Both the position numbers and the translations under genes were made by a program. From Clostridium sp. CAG:508 (GTDB lineage: Bacteria; Bacillota; Clostridia; TANB77; CAG-508), in contig FR889109.1 of assembly GCA_000435755.1 (NCBI GenBank), forward strand, positions 88,731 through 152,730: a stretch of DNA of 64,000 bases. The letters are read 5' to 3'. Numbering within the stretch: position 1 is the first letter of the stretch; the number at the start of each line of letters is the position of its first letter. A model generated the notes under the pieces. The model saw nothing but the letters and a program-made list of their open reading frames with translations. It was not told the DNA's origin and did no database searches. Below, piece after piece: positions 46,110 to 53,938 of this stretch.

Positions 46110-46145
46110 TATATATGGATTTTTAATTAGAAATGAGGAAATAAA

Positions 46146-47384
46146 ATGAATAAAATAAAACCGGAATTATTAGCACCAGCAGGATCTTTTGAAAAAGCTA
46201 AAACAGCATTTTTATATGGAGCAGATGCAGTCTACTGTGGTACGGGAGCTCTTTCGTTAAGAAGTAGAGCAGAAGTTGATAATGACGATTTAGCTAAAAC
46301 AATTAAATATGCACATAGCATAGGAAAAAAGGTTTATGCTGCTATAAATATTTATGCTTGGGATAGTTATTATGAGGAAATAAAGGAACAAGCTAAAATG
46401 TTAAATGACCTAAAAGTAGACGCTATTATAGCTTCTGATGGTGGTGTAATGGAAATATTAAAACAATATGCACCTGATGTTGAGATACATGTAAGTACAC
46501 AAGCAAACACTGTTAGTTATCATAGTGCAAACTTTTGGTATAAAAATGGAGCTAAAAGAGTTATTTTAGGTAGAGAGTTAAATAAAGAACAAGTAAGAGA
46601 TATTATAAATAACACTCCAAAAGATTTAACAACAGAAATATTTGTGCATGGAGCTATTTGTTTTGGATATTCAGGAAGATGTTTCTTAAGTGATTTCTTG
46701 GCTAGTAGAAGTGCAAATCTTGGAGATTGTGCTCAAAGTTGTAGATGGGCATATAATGTATATGTTGAAGAACATAACAAGCCTGGAAACTTAATGCCAG
46801 TTGAATATGATGAAAATGGTACATATATATTTTCATCAAAAGATTTGTGTTTAATCAAAGAAGTACCTGAAATAATTGATATGGGAGTAGATAGCTTAAA
46901 GATAGAGGGTAGATTAAAAACAGAATATTATTTGGCATCTGTAGTAAATGCTTATAGAAATGCAATTGATGACTATATAAATGATCCAGAACATTATGAT
47001 TATACAAAATATTTAAGTGAATTAGAAAAGACAAAAACAAGAGGATTAACAACATTCTATTTCAATGATAGAAATAATAAGGATTTCCAAGAGTATGATG
47101 GTAAACAATATAATCCAAATTATGAATTTGGCGGAAAAGTGTTAAATGAAAATGGAGATAAATACATAATTGAAATTAGAAATAAATTATCTGTTGGAGA
47201 TACAATGGAAATTTTAATACCTGGAAAAATAGAGCCTGTAAGCTTTAAAATAGAAACTTTATGGGACTCAGAAACAGAAGAAGAGATACCAACTGTAAAT
47301 CCGGGAAAAGCAGAACAAACTGTTTTAATGAAATTACCAATTAAAGCAGAAGGTGGATGGATTTTAAGAAGAAAGAAAGCTTAG
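46146..47384 (+). CDS. peptidase U32 family protein (YrrO/TrhP-like)
   Basis: ELLAPAG N-terminus, TIM-barrel U32 core, the cysteine cluster CFGYSGRCFLS...CAQSC, and a C-terminal beta-barrel domain. Confidence 0.85.
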   Translation: MNKIKPELLAPAGSFEKAKTAFLYGADAVYCGTGALSLRSRAEVDNDDLAKTIKYAHSIGKKVYAAINIYAWDSYYEEIKEQAKMLNDLKVDAIIASDGGVMEILKQYAPDVEIHVSTQANTVSYHSANFWYKNGAKRVILGRELNKEQVRDIINNTPKDLTTEIFVHGAICFGYSGRCFLSDFLASRSANLGDCAQSCRWAYNVYVEEHNKPGNLMPVEYDENGTYIFSSKDLCLIKEVPEIIDMGVDSLKIEGRLKTEYYLASVVNAYRNAIDDYINDPEHYDYTKYLSELEKTKTRGLTTFYFNDRNNKDFQEYDGKQYNPNYEFGGKVLNENGDKYIIEIRNKLSVGDTMEILIPGKIEPVSFKIETLWDSETEEEIPTVNPGKAEQTVLMKLPIKAEGGWILRRKKA

Positions 47385-47401
47385 ACGCTTTCTTTCTTTT
47401 C
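47369..47401 (+). terminator. intrinsic terminator overlapping the U32 stop codon
   Basis: AAGAAAGAAAGC (47369-47380) pairs with GCTTTCTTTCTT (47387-47398), then TT. The loop contains the TAG stop. Confidence 0.7.
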
Positions 47402-47462
47402 TAATTGTAGGCTTAGCCAGAACCCAATAGCAAATAAAAGTAAAGAAATAAAACCATCTAAA

Positions 47463-48194
47463 TTAAAGGTGAAACCGTGGGTATAAAACTAATACAGAAC
47501 CTAGTACAAATCCAATTATCCCATAAAAAGTTTGGACATAGTATTTACTAAACAAAAATTGTATAATTTTTAAAAATAGAATACTACCAATTAAAAGTCC
47601 AATTCCCATAGGAAATAAAATACTTAAATCAATACTTGCAACAGCCGAAAGATATGTAGTATACACGCCTAATGTCATTAAAATTACGCTACTACTTACA
47701 CCAGGAATAACCACTCCTGCAGACATCAAAAGCCCAGCCAATACTAAATAGAAAAAGTAGTTAGAGCCAAGTTCTAAATTTATAAGTTGAGGTAAAATGT
47801 GTTCTAATCTAATTGATAATACTCCTATTAAAAAAGTAAACAAGAAATATAGCAAATAGTGCAATCTAAAACCAGACTTGTTATTTGCTTTTTTAAATAG
47901 AATTGGCATACTTCCAATAATCAAGCCAATAAAGCAAAAGTTAGTAGGCATAGGGTATGTAGCAAATAAAAATTTTAATAATTTACTAACAAGCAATACT
48001 CCAATAATTCCGCCAAGTGCAATAGGAAATAGAAAAGCAAAATTCTTTTTAAAATCTTTAAATATATTTAATACACTATCAACTAGTTTTTCATAAATAC
48101 CAAAAATAACACAGAACACACCACTACTAATACCAGGAAGGATAGCACCACTGCCAATAAAAACACCTTTAATAACATCTAGAATAAATTTCAT
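47463..48194 (-). CDS. DUF368 family membrane protein (PopT-type undecaprenyl-phosphate translocase family)
   Basis: 243 aa with 7-8 TM segments and the duplicated GxxxPGxSxS motif (GAILPGISSG and GVVIPGVSSS). Confidence 0.8.
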   Translation of the reverse strand: MKFILDVIKGVFIGSGAILPGISSGVFCVIFGIYEKLVDSVLNIFKDFKKNFAFLFPIALGGIIGVLLVSKLLKFLFATYPMPTNFCFIGLIIGSMPILFKKANNKSGFRLHYLLYFLFTFLIGVLSIRLEHILPQLINLELGSNYFFYLVLAGLLMSAGVVIPGVSSSVILMTLGVYTTYLSAVASIDLSILFPMGIGLLIGSILFLKIIQFLFSKYYVQTFYGIIGFVLGSVLVLYPRFHL

Positions 48195-48258
48195 AAATAA
48201 ATCTCCAAATCTATTTATAAAATTTATTCAAAAAAAATAAAAAAATTCATAAAAGTTC

Positions 48259-48287
48259 TTGACAAAATATAATATAACATTTATAAT
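48259..48287 (+). promoter_or_regulatory. sigma-A type promoter of tRNA-Gly
   Basis: TTGACA (48259-48264), 17 nt, TATAAT (48282-48287). Confidence 0.65.
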
Positions 48288-48307
48288 AATACTTGTTCAT
48301 ATGAAAT

Positions 48308-48381
<74 letters not shown>

Positions 48382-48382
48382 C

Positions 48383-48420
48383 AAAAAAACTTACGAATTT
48401 AATTGTTCGTAAGTTTTTTT
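48383..48420. terminator. bidirectional intrinsic terminator (tRNA-Gly / DHHW gene)
   Basis: AAAAAAACTTACGAA pairs with TTCGTAAGTTTTTTT, a 15-nt symmetric pair with A- and T-runs. Confidence 0.8.
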
Positions 48421-48427
48421 ATATATA

Positions 48428-49507
48428 TTATTTTAAAGAATAACTATTATTTATTATTGAAATACTGTATATGAATAACACATCTTTATTACTAAAATCA
48501 ATGTAATTTCCTAATATTGTAGGTGAGATGTATCTAGTATCTACTAGAGTTATTTTACTATAAGAACTTAATAACAAAGGTGCTAAACTACTTCCATACG
48601 AGTCTCTAAAAATTATCAATTCTTTTCCACTAGTATTTTTATCGTTATAAATAGTTAAAAGGGGAGTAGCACCAGACAAATATATATCATACTTGTCTAA
48701 TGAATTTTTTTTGTTTAAATCATATACATTAGTATAAGTATTAGTTGTATAATTAAATACTCTGGCATTTTTTAATATGTCATTAGTCATTATATTTATT
48801 TCATCAAAGTCAGTATTTACAGGTACTCGATAAGCATAAGTACCTTTAAACTTTGCAATATTCTCAACATTATAACTAGAACTTGAATAATTGTTCATAC
48901 CTTTTAAGAGCTCATCAGCAACCTTTTGGATGTTTTCTTGTTTCCAATGGCTATCAGTTTTATAATAGTCAGTTAAATCTAATTTGCCTAATATATTTAT
49001 ATATGTGGCAAAATCTAAATTTTCTTTCATTTTACTTTCAAGCAAATCATAATCCATTTTTAAATTATTATCATTTACAAAATAATTTTTATCTGGAACA
49101 ATTGAAAAATATATCTTGTTATTGGCTAAATACTTATTTTTTATATCTGTTATTTTTTTTGTTAAATTTGTCACAGAAGCATAAGAAAGAGGATAGGTCT
49201 GCTCAACTAAATAATCGTTTTTAATATAAATGTTATGATAGTTCCCTTTGAAACTTAAGTCTAGCTTAGCTTTGGCAGTTCTAAAATTATCTCTACTAAT
49301 AAATTGATCATTTACATAGGTATCAAATTTACTAAAAAATGTACCATTAAATAAATTATGAAATGTAAAACTTGGAAACTGCTCGAGCTTACGTCTTTCA
49401 GCAATAGATATTTCTGTATCTGGTTTTAATATATTTAAAACAAATACTAATAGTAATATTGTTAAAAATAAAACAGATACAATTATATTTTTAAATTTAT
49501 TACTCAT
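48428..49507 (-). CDS. DHHW family protein (AlgX/AlgJ/DltD-like extracytoplasmic acyltransferase partner)
   Basis: N-terminal TM anchor. A DSHW motif (YYKTDSHW) sits at the family-defining position. The gene is immediately downstream of an MBOAT gene. Confidence 0.75.
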   Translation of the reverse strand: MSNKFKNIIVSVLFLTILLLVFVLNILKPDTEISIAERRKLEQFPSFTFHNLFNGTFFSKFDTYVNDQFISRDNFRTAKAKLDLSFKGNYHNIYIKNDYLVEQTYPLSYASVTNLTKKITDIKNKYLANNKIYFSIVPDKNYFVNDNNLKMDYDLLESKMKENLDFATYINILGKLDLTDYYKTDSHWKQENIQKVADELLKGMNNYSSSSYNVENIAKFKGTYAYRVPVNTDFDEINIMTNDILKNARVFNYTTNTYTNVYDLNKKNSLDKYDIYLSGATPLLTIYNDKNTSGKELIIFRDSYGSSLAPLLLSSYSKITLVDTRYISPTILGNYIDFSNKDVLFIYSISIINNSYSLK

Positions 49508-49517
49508 ATTTCACCTT

Positions 49518-50909
49518 CTAAAACCTAAAATATAAAAATGGGTTGAATGAATTATCTACTAAAAATATTGTAACAATACCTAATAATAAAATCATGTAAA
49601 TAGGTTGTAAAATATTTATAATTTTGTTCCATTTTGAGTTACTACTTAATTTATTTACCAAATTACGTAATAATGGGGTAGAGCCTATTATTCCTAAAAT
49701 AATAATTACGGCATAACCTTTTAAGTAGTAAAGTGTAGTAGCATTTATTAAGGCTTCATTATTAAGTCCAAATAATCCTTTAATTATTACTCCAATTTGA
49801 CTCATATCTGTTGACTGGAATATAACAAAACTAATCATAACAATAAATAAAGTATAAATTCTTTTTATAATATTTGGTGACTTTTCAAGAAGTTTATTAA
49901 ATACAAATTTTTCTAAAATTAGTATAACACCAAATAATGAGCCCCACAAAACAAAATTCCAACTTGCACCATGCCATAGACCAGTTAAAGCCCAAACAAT
50001 TAAGATGTTTCTTATTTGAATTTTTACTCCACGTCTATTTCCACCTAGAGGAATGTATACATAGTCTCTAAACCATGAACTTAAAGTCATATGCCATTTT
50101 CTCCAAAATTCAGTTATAGTTTTTGCAGTGTATGGGTAATCAAAATTCTCTGGAAAATGAAAACCGAAAATTCTTCCTAATCCTATTGCTATATCTGAAT
50201 AGCCAGAAAAGTCAAAATATATTTGTAACATATAACTAATTGCGAAAATCCAATAAAATAAAATACTTTTATCAGGTATTGAAGAAAATACATTACACAA
50301 TTCACCTAGGCTATTTGCTATTATTACTTTTTTAGCAAGTCCTATGGTGAATCTATTAGCACCATAAGCAAAGTTTTCGAATGTATGCTTTCTGTTGTTT
50401 AGTTCATTAGCAATAGAGTCATACCTTACTATTGGACCAGCTATAAGTTGAGGGAAGAAAAATACATAAGTTGCAAATTTAAAAAAGTTCTTTTGAGCAG
50501 ATACTTTTTTGTTAAATACATCAACTTCATAACTTATTATTTGGAATGTGTAAAATGATATTCCTATTGGTAATACTAAGTTTAGTAATGGAATATCAAT
50601 ATTAAATATGCCGTTTATATTTTCTGTAATAAAAGTTAGATATTTAAATATACACAAAAATAAAATATGTATAAATATTGATAAAGCTAAGATGCCTTTA
50701 TTTTTATGTTTGTCAATTAACAATGCAGAAAAATAGGCAATAGCAATTTCGATAATCATCAATAATATATATTTAGGTTCTCCATAAAAATAAAAAAATA
50801 TAGAAGAAAGGAGAAGAACCATATTTTTAAATTTATTAGGCAATATAAAATATACCACTAATACTATGGGAAGAAAGTAGTATATAAAGCTAATACTTGT
50901 AAAAACCAT
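49518..50909 (-). CDS. MBOAT family O-acyltransferase (AlgI/DltB/PatA-like)
   Basis: ORF 49518-50954. The ATG at 50909 follows GAAAGGA and gives the typical MVFTSISFIYYFLP start. The conserved His region (FWRKWHMTLSSWFRDYVYIPLGG...GLWHGASW) is present. Confidence 0.9.
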   Translation of the reverse strand: MVFTSISFIYYFLPIVLVVYFILPNKFKNMVLLLSSIFFYFYGEPKYILLMIIEIAIAYFSALLIDKHKNKGILALSIFIHILFLCIFKYLTFITENINGIFNIDIPLLNLVLPIGISFYTFQIISYEVDVFNKKVSAQKNFFKFATYVFFFPQLIAGPIVRYDSIANELNNRKHTFENFAYGANRFTIGLAKKVIIANSLGELCNVFSSIPDKSILFYWIFAISYMLQIYFDFSGYSDIAIGLGRIFGFHFPENFDYPYTAKTITEFWRKWHMTLSSWFRDYVYIPLGGNRRGVKIQIRNILIVWALTGLWHGASWNFVLWGSLFGVILILEKFVFNKLLEKSPNIIKRIYTLFIVMISFVIFQSTDMSQIGVIIKGLFGLNNEALINATTLYYLKGYAVIIILGIIGSTPLLRNLVNKLSSNSKWNKIINILQPIYMILLLGIVTIFLVDNSFNPFLYFRF

Positions 50910-50962
50910 AACTATAATCCTTTCAAACAAGAAGACGGATTTCTCCGTCCTCAAGTTAATTT

Positions 50963-51529
50963 TTATTGTACTATCATTTCAGGTGGAAGTTCATAATCAG
51001 AATTTTCTGATTTTTCTAATTCTTTTCCAACTTCGTTATTTACGTATTTTTTAAATGAATCATAAACTGGTTTTGCCCAATCTTCATATGACATTACATA
51101 GAATATTACATTATTGTGATTTGTAATATAGAACTTTTCAGCAGATACACAAATCCATTTATTCATATCTACATTGTCATAAATTTCTTGTTTAACTTGT
51201 TCGATATTTGCATTATTTTTTAGTTTTATAGCAACTAATGAGTATGCTTGAGAACTCATTACAGGTTCAGATACTACTAATTCTTCAACATTATCATTAT
51301 TTGATAAAAATGTATATGAAGAAACAACATTATTATCAGACAAACCAATTTTTTTAGTCTCCAATGATGGCAATTCAACGTTTGAGTTTTTATAAATTGT
51401 ATCAATCATAGTCTTCAAATTAATAGAAGAGTTATTAGTAGACTTTTGGTTAGTTATCATATAAATTGCAACACCAGCTATAATAACTAAAATAGCAATA
51501 ATTAAAATAATAATTGAACTCTTTTTCAA
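50963..51529 (-). CDS. DUF4358-like exported protein
   Basis: ORF 50963-51580. A TTG at 51529 lies 7 nt after AGAAGGAGGG. There is an N-terminal TM/signal anchor. The family call rests on recognition and on the usual MBOAT/DHHW neighbourhood. Confidence 0.6.
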   Translation of the reverse strand: MKKSSIIILIIAILVIIAGVAIYMITNQKSTNNSSINLKTMIDTIYKNSNVELPSLETKKIGLSDNNVVSSYTFLSNNDNVEELVVSEPVMSSQAYSLVAIKLKNNANIEQVKQEIYDNVDMNKWICVSAEKFYITNHNNVIFYVMSYEDWAKPVYDSFKKYVNNEVGKELEKSENSDYELPPEMIVQ

Positions 51530-51536
51530 AAAAATC

Positions 51537-51570
51537 CCTCCTTCTAGATATATTTTACCTAAGAAGGAGG
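51537..51570 (-). terminator. terminator-like hairpin whose 3' arm contains the SD of the DUF4358 gene
   Basis: On the minus-strand RNA, CCTCCTTCTTAG (51570-51559) pairs with CTAGAAGGAGG (51547-51537). A run of 7 U follows and overlaps the TTG start. Confidence 0.5.
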
Positions 51571-51580
51571 TTTTAGTCAA
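51552..51580 (-). promoter_or_regulatory. internal promoter for DUF4358-MBOAT-DHHW
   Basis: On the minus strand: TTGACT (51580-51575), 17 nt, TAAAAT (51557-51552). It lies directly after the PrsW stop codon. Confidence 0.45.
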
Positions 51581-52741
51581 CTATTTATTTGATTCTAATT
51601 TTTTAGCATCATCAATTTGTTTTAATCCTAAGTTTATAAAATAAATTATTACAAGCCAAGCTAAAACAGTCATTGCAATTTGAACTAGGTAATAAGGAGC
51701 GTTAATAGGCATATCCCATATACCATGTAATACAACAGGAATTAAACAAATTAGTAAAAATCTTTTATCATTTAGATGTTTTTTATCTAATTTCTCAAAT
51801 CCTTTAACATACATCAATGCTGCACCTTCTATAGCAGCCCAAGCAACATGGCCACCAGGAGCTAAGAAACCACGTAATTTAATAATTTCTAACATTGTTT
51901 GTAAACCATTGTTAAGACCAAATTTTAAAATATATCCAGCTGTTTCAAATGCAGCAAAACCTGCACCAACAGCAGCACCAACTAATAATCCATTTAATAT
52001 ATAATTGCTCTTTTTGCTTTTAAATAAGAAAATAGCAACTATAACAGCTTTTGCAACTTCTTCAACTAAGCCAATCAATAAAGCCCCTTCATAAGTTTGA
52101 ACAGTAGCATTTGTTTCAAAATATGGTAATGTAAAATATAATATAGCTAATATTAGTGATAATGCTCCACCAAGTACAAAGTATTTTATTACCTTGTAAA
52201 AAGGTATGTTTCTAAATAAGTTGATTTCAAAGAAAAACATAAGTACAGTTACTGGAACAGCAAAAGCTGCTAACATTATCATAAGTGGTAAGAAGTTAGT
52301 ATTTCCATAATCTATAAATCCTATACGAGTGGGAATATATGCAATTATGAAAAATACAAATATTTTAAAATATACCCATGCACTTGCATTCTTTGGGTTA
52401 ATATCTTTAACATCTGGAGTAGTTTTATCTGAACCACAAACAAAAACTTCATCCAAATCTTCTTCAGTATGTTTTTTGAAAGTGTTTTTAAATAAATCCT
52501 TGAATTTTACATAGCTTTTAGATTGAGCACCTGTTATCTTATCTAAGTTTTCAGTTATTATATTTGTAGCATTTTTCTTGCCAACAGGGTAGCCACATTC
52601 AGGACAATTAGTTTCATCTCCATTTAATTTAGCACCACATTCAGGACAAGTTTGTAAATTGATTTTTACACCACAGTGTGGACAAACCTTAGCACTAGAA
52701 GATATGCTTTCTCCACATTCTTCACATTTTATTAAAGCCAT
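51581..52741 (-). CDS. PrsW-family intramembrane protease with two N-terminal zinc ribbons
   Basis: Zinc ribbons CEEC-x11-CPHC and CPEC-x10-CPEC, followed by about 8 TM segments. PrsW motifs are present: EEVAK, FAAFE, and HGIWD (the last sits in ...VLHGIWD...). Confidence 0.8.
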   Translation of the reverse strand: MALIKCEECGESISSSAKVCPHCGVKINLQTCPECGAKLNGDETNCPECGYPVGKKNATNIITENLDKITGAQSKSYVKFKDLFKNTFKKHTEEDLDEVFVCGSDKTTPDVKDINPKNASAWVYFKIFVFFIIAYIPTRIGFIDYGNTNFLPLMIMLAAFAVPVTVLMFFFEINLFRNIPFYKVIKYFVLGGALSLILAILYFTLPYFETNATVQTYEGALLIGLVEEVAKAVIVAIFLFKSKKSNYILNGLLVGAAVGAGFAAFETAGYILKFGLNNGLQTMLEIIKLRGFLAPGGHVAWAAIEGAALMYVKGFEKLDKKHLNDKRFLLICLIPVVLHGIWDMPINAPYYLVQIAMTVLAWLVIIYFINLGLKQIDDAKKLESNK

Positions 52742-52744
52742 ATT

Positions 52745-53503
52745 TTATGACCCCCTTTCTGTTAAAGTTGATAAAATATGAGTTACTACATTATTGATTT
52801 CAGTTGAATTTGTATTTTCTTCTTTAGAACCTACCATATATACTTTGCCGTTAACTAAAATAGCATATCTATTATCAACTACTAAGTGACCACTTGAAGT
52901 ATAATTATATGCTAATCCATAAACTGTTTTATTTCCAATAGTGCCAGAAAGTAAATCAATAGTAACTTTCAAATCACTATATTGTTTTTTCATATAAGTT
53001 GTAAAATCATTTAAAAATTGTACTTCGCTAGTATATTTGTCATATCTGCCAATAATTATATATGGAATTAAAGCACCTTGACTATCTATATTTCTACCTA
53101 CATAAATATATCCTTCTTTGTCTGTAGCAACTTTATAAGTACCAGGCATTTCAAAAGATATTCCAAGGTAAGGATCATTGTACACCGTATAACCATAATC
53201 AGTTGATGGAGTAGTAGGCTGCCCAGTACCAGTACCACCAGTTCCAGTTCCTCCTGTACCAGTGCCACCTGTACCTGTTCCAGTATTGTTATTATTTTGA
53301 TTAAAAAACAAGAAACCAGCTACAATTATAGCTAATATTATTAGTATATATTTAATATTACCTTTATTCATAAAGGAACTGGCTACCTTATTATCAGAGG
53401 TGGTAGGAGTTTCTTTTTTATTTAACTCATAACCACATTTTGGGCAACTCTCAGCTTTATCACTTATTTGGTTGCCACATTCAGGACATTTTATTAATGC
53501 CAT
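52745..53503 (-). CDS. zinc-ribbon single-pass membrane protein with an extracytoplasmic domain of unknown family
   Basis: ORF 52745-53524. The ATG at 53503 follows AAGGGTGA. Domain order: CPEC-x11-CPKC ribbon, TM segment (YILIILAIIVAGFLFF), (G/T)-rich linker, and a ~150-aa C-terminal domain. Confidence 0.75.
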   Translation of the reverse strand: MALIKCPECGNQISDKAESCPKCGYELNKKETPTTSDNKVASSFMNKGNIKYILIILAIIVAGFLFFNQNNNNTGTGTGGTGTGGTGTGGTGTGQPTTPSTDYGYTVYNDPYLGISFEMPGTYKVATDKEGYIYVGRNIDSQGALIPYIIIGRYDKYTSEVQFLNDFTTYMKKQYSDLKVTIDLLSGTIGNKTVYGLAYNYTSSGHLVVDNRYAILVNGKVYMVGSKEENTNSTEINNVVTHILSTLTERGS

Positions 53504-53799
53504 AACATCACCCTTTCTTTTCATATTATGATAATTCTGTGAAAAGTATATAGAACTATCACTGAATTAAGTATAATATAATCATTACACAACTTGAAAC
53601 AAAATTACCAAACAGTCAATGACAAATTGGTAAAGAAAAAATATTGTTATTTTTATTTGATTGTTACACAGAATTAACTTACAAGATGTTTAATAATAAC
53701 AAATTTATTAAAACCTATGTCACAAGCTTAGAAAATGCTGATACAACTAATAGCAATATAGATTTTAATGGATAATGTAAATGGAACAGCTATAAATAT

Positions 53800-53828
53800 A
53801 AAAAATGCACTGCAAAGGTGCATTTTTT
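53800..53828. terminator. symmetric intrinsic terminator
   Basis: AAAAAATGCAC pairs with GTGCATTTTTT around the loop TGCAAAG. Confidence 0.65.
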
Positions 53829-53835
53829 ATATTCT

Positions 53836-53865
53836 AGGAATTTACTCCTAGTAGGAGTAAATTCT
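53836..53865. repeat. palindromic hairpin (GAATTT-core family)
   Basis: AGGAATTTACTCCT, loop AGT, AGGAGTAAATTCT. Confidence 0.6.
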
Positions 53866-53887
53866 GTAGAAGATAAATATGCGAATT

Positions 53888-53929
53888 ACTAGAATTTCTA
53901 GCAGTTTGCACTGCGTAGAAATTCTTGTA
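53888..53929. repeat. palindromic hairpin (AGAATTTCTA/TAGAAATTCT family), probable terminator of the YbaK-like gene
   Basis: TACTAGAATTTCTA pairs with TAGAAATTCTTGTA, enclosing an inner GCAGT-TTGC-ACTGC hairpin. The same core recurs at 62151-62187. Confidence 0.6.
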
Positions 53930-53938
53930 ATCCGTTTT

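Noticed and set aside
50910-50954. TTG at 50954 as the MBOAT start (MRTEKSVFLFERIIV extension).
   Set aside because: The extension covers a hairpin (GACGGA-GAAA-TCCGTC) and the GAAAGGA SD that serves the ATG at 50909. That ATG gives the family-typical MVF...FLP N-terminus.
53686-53775. 29-codon ORF in the long intergenic region upstream of the terminator at 53800.
   Set aside because: It has no SD within 15 nt of the ATG and no recognisable peptide features. It is probably a chance frame.
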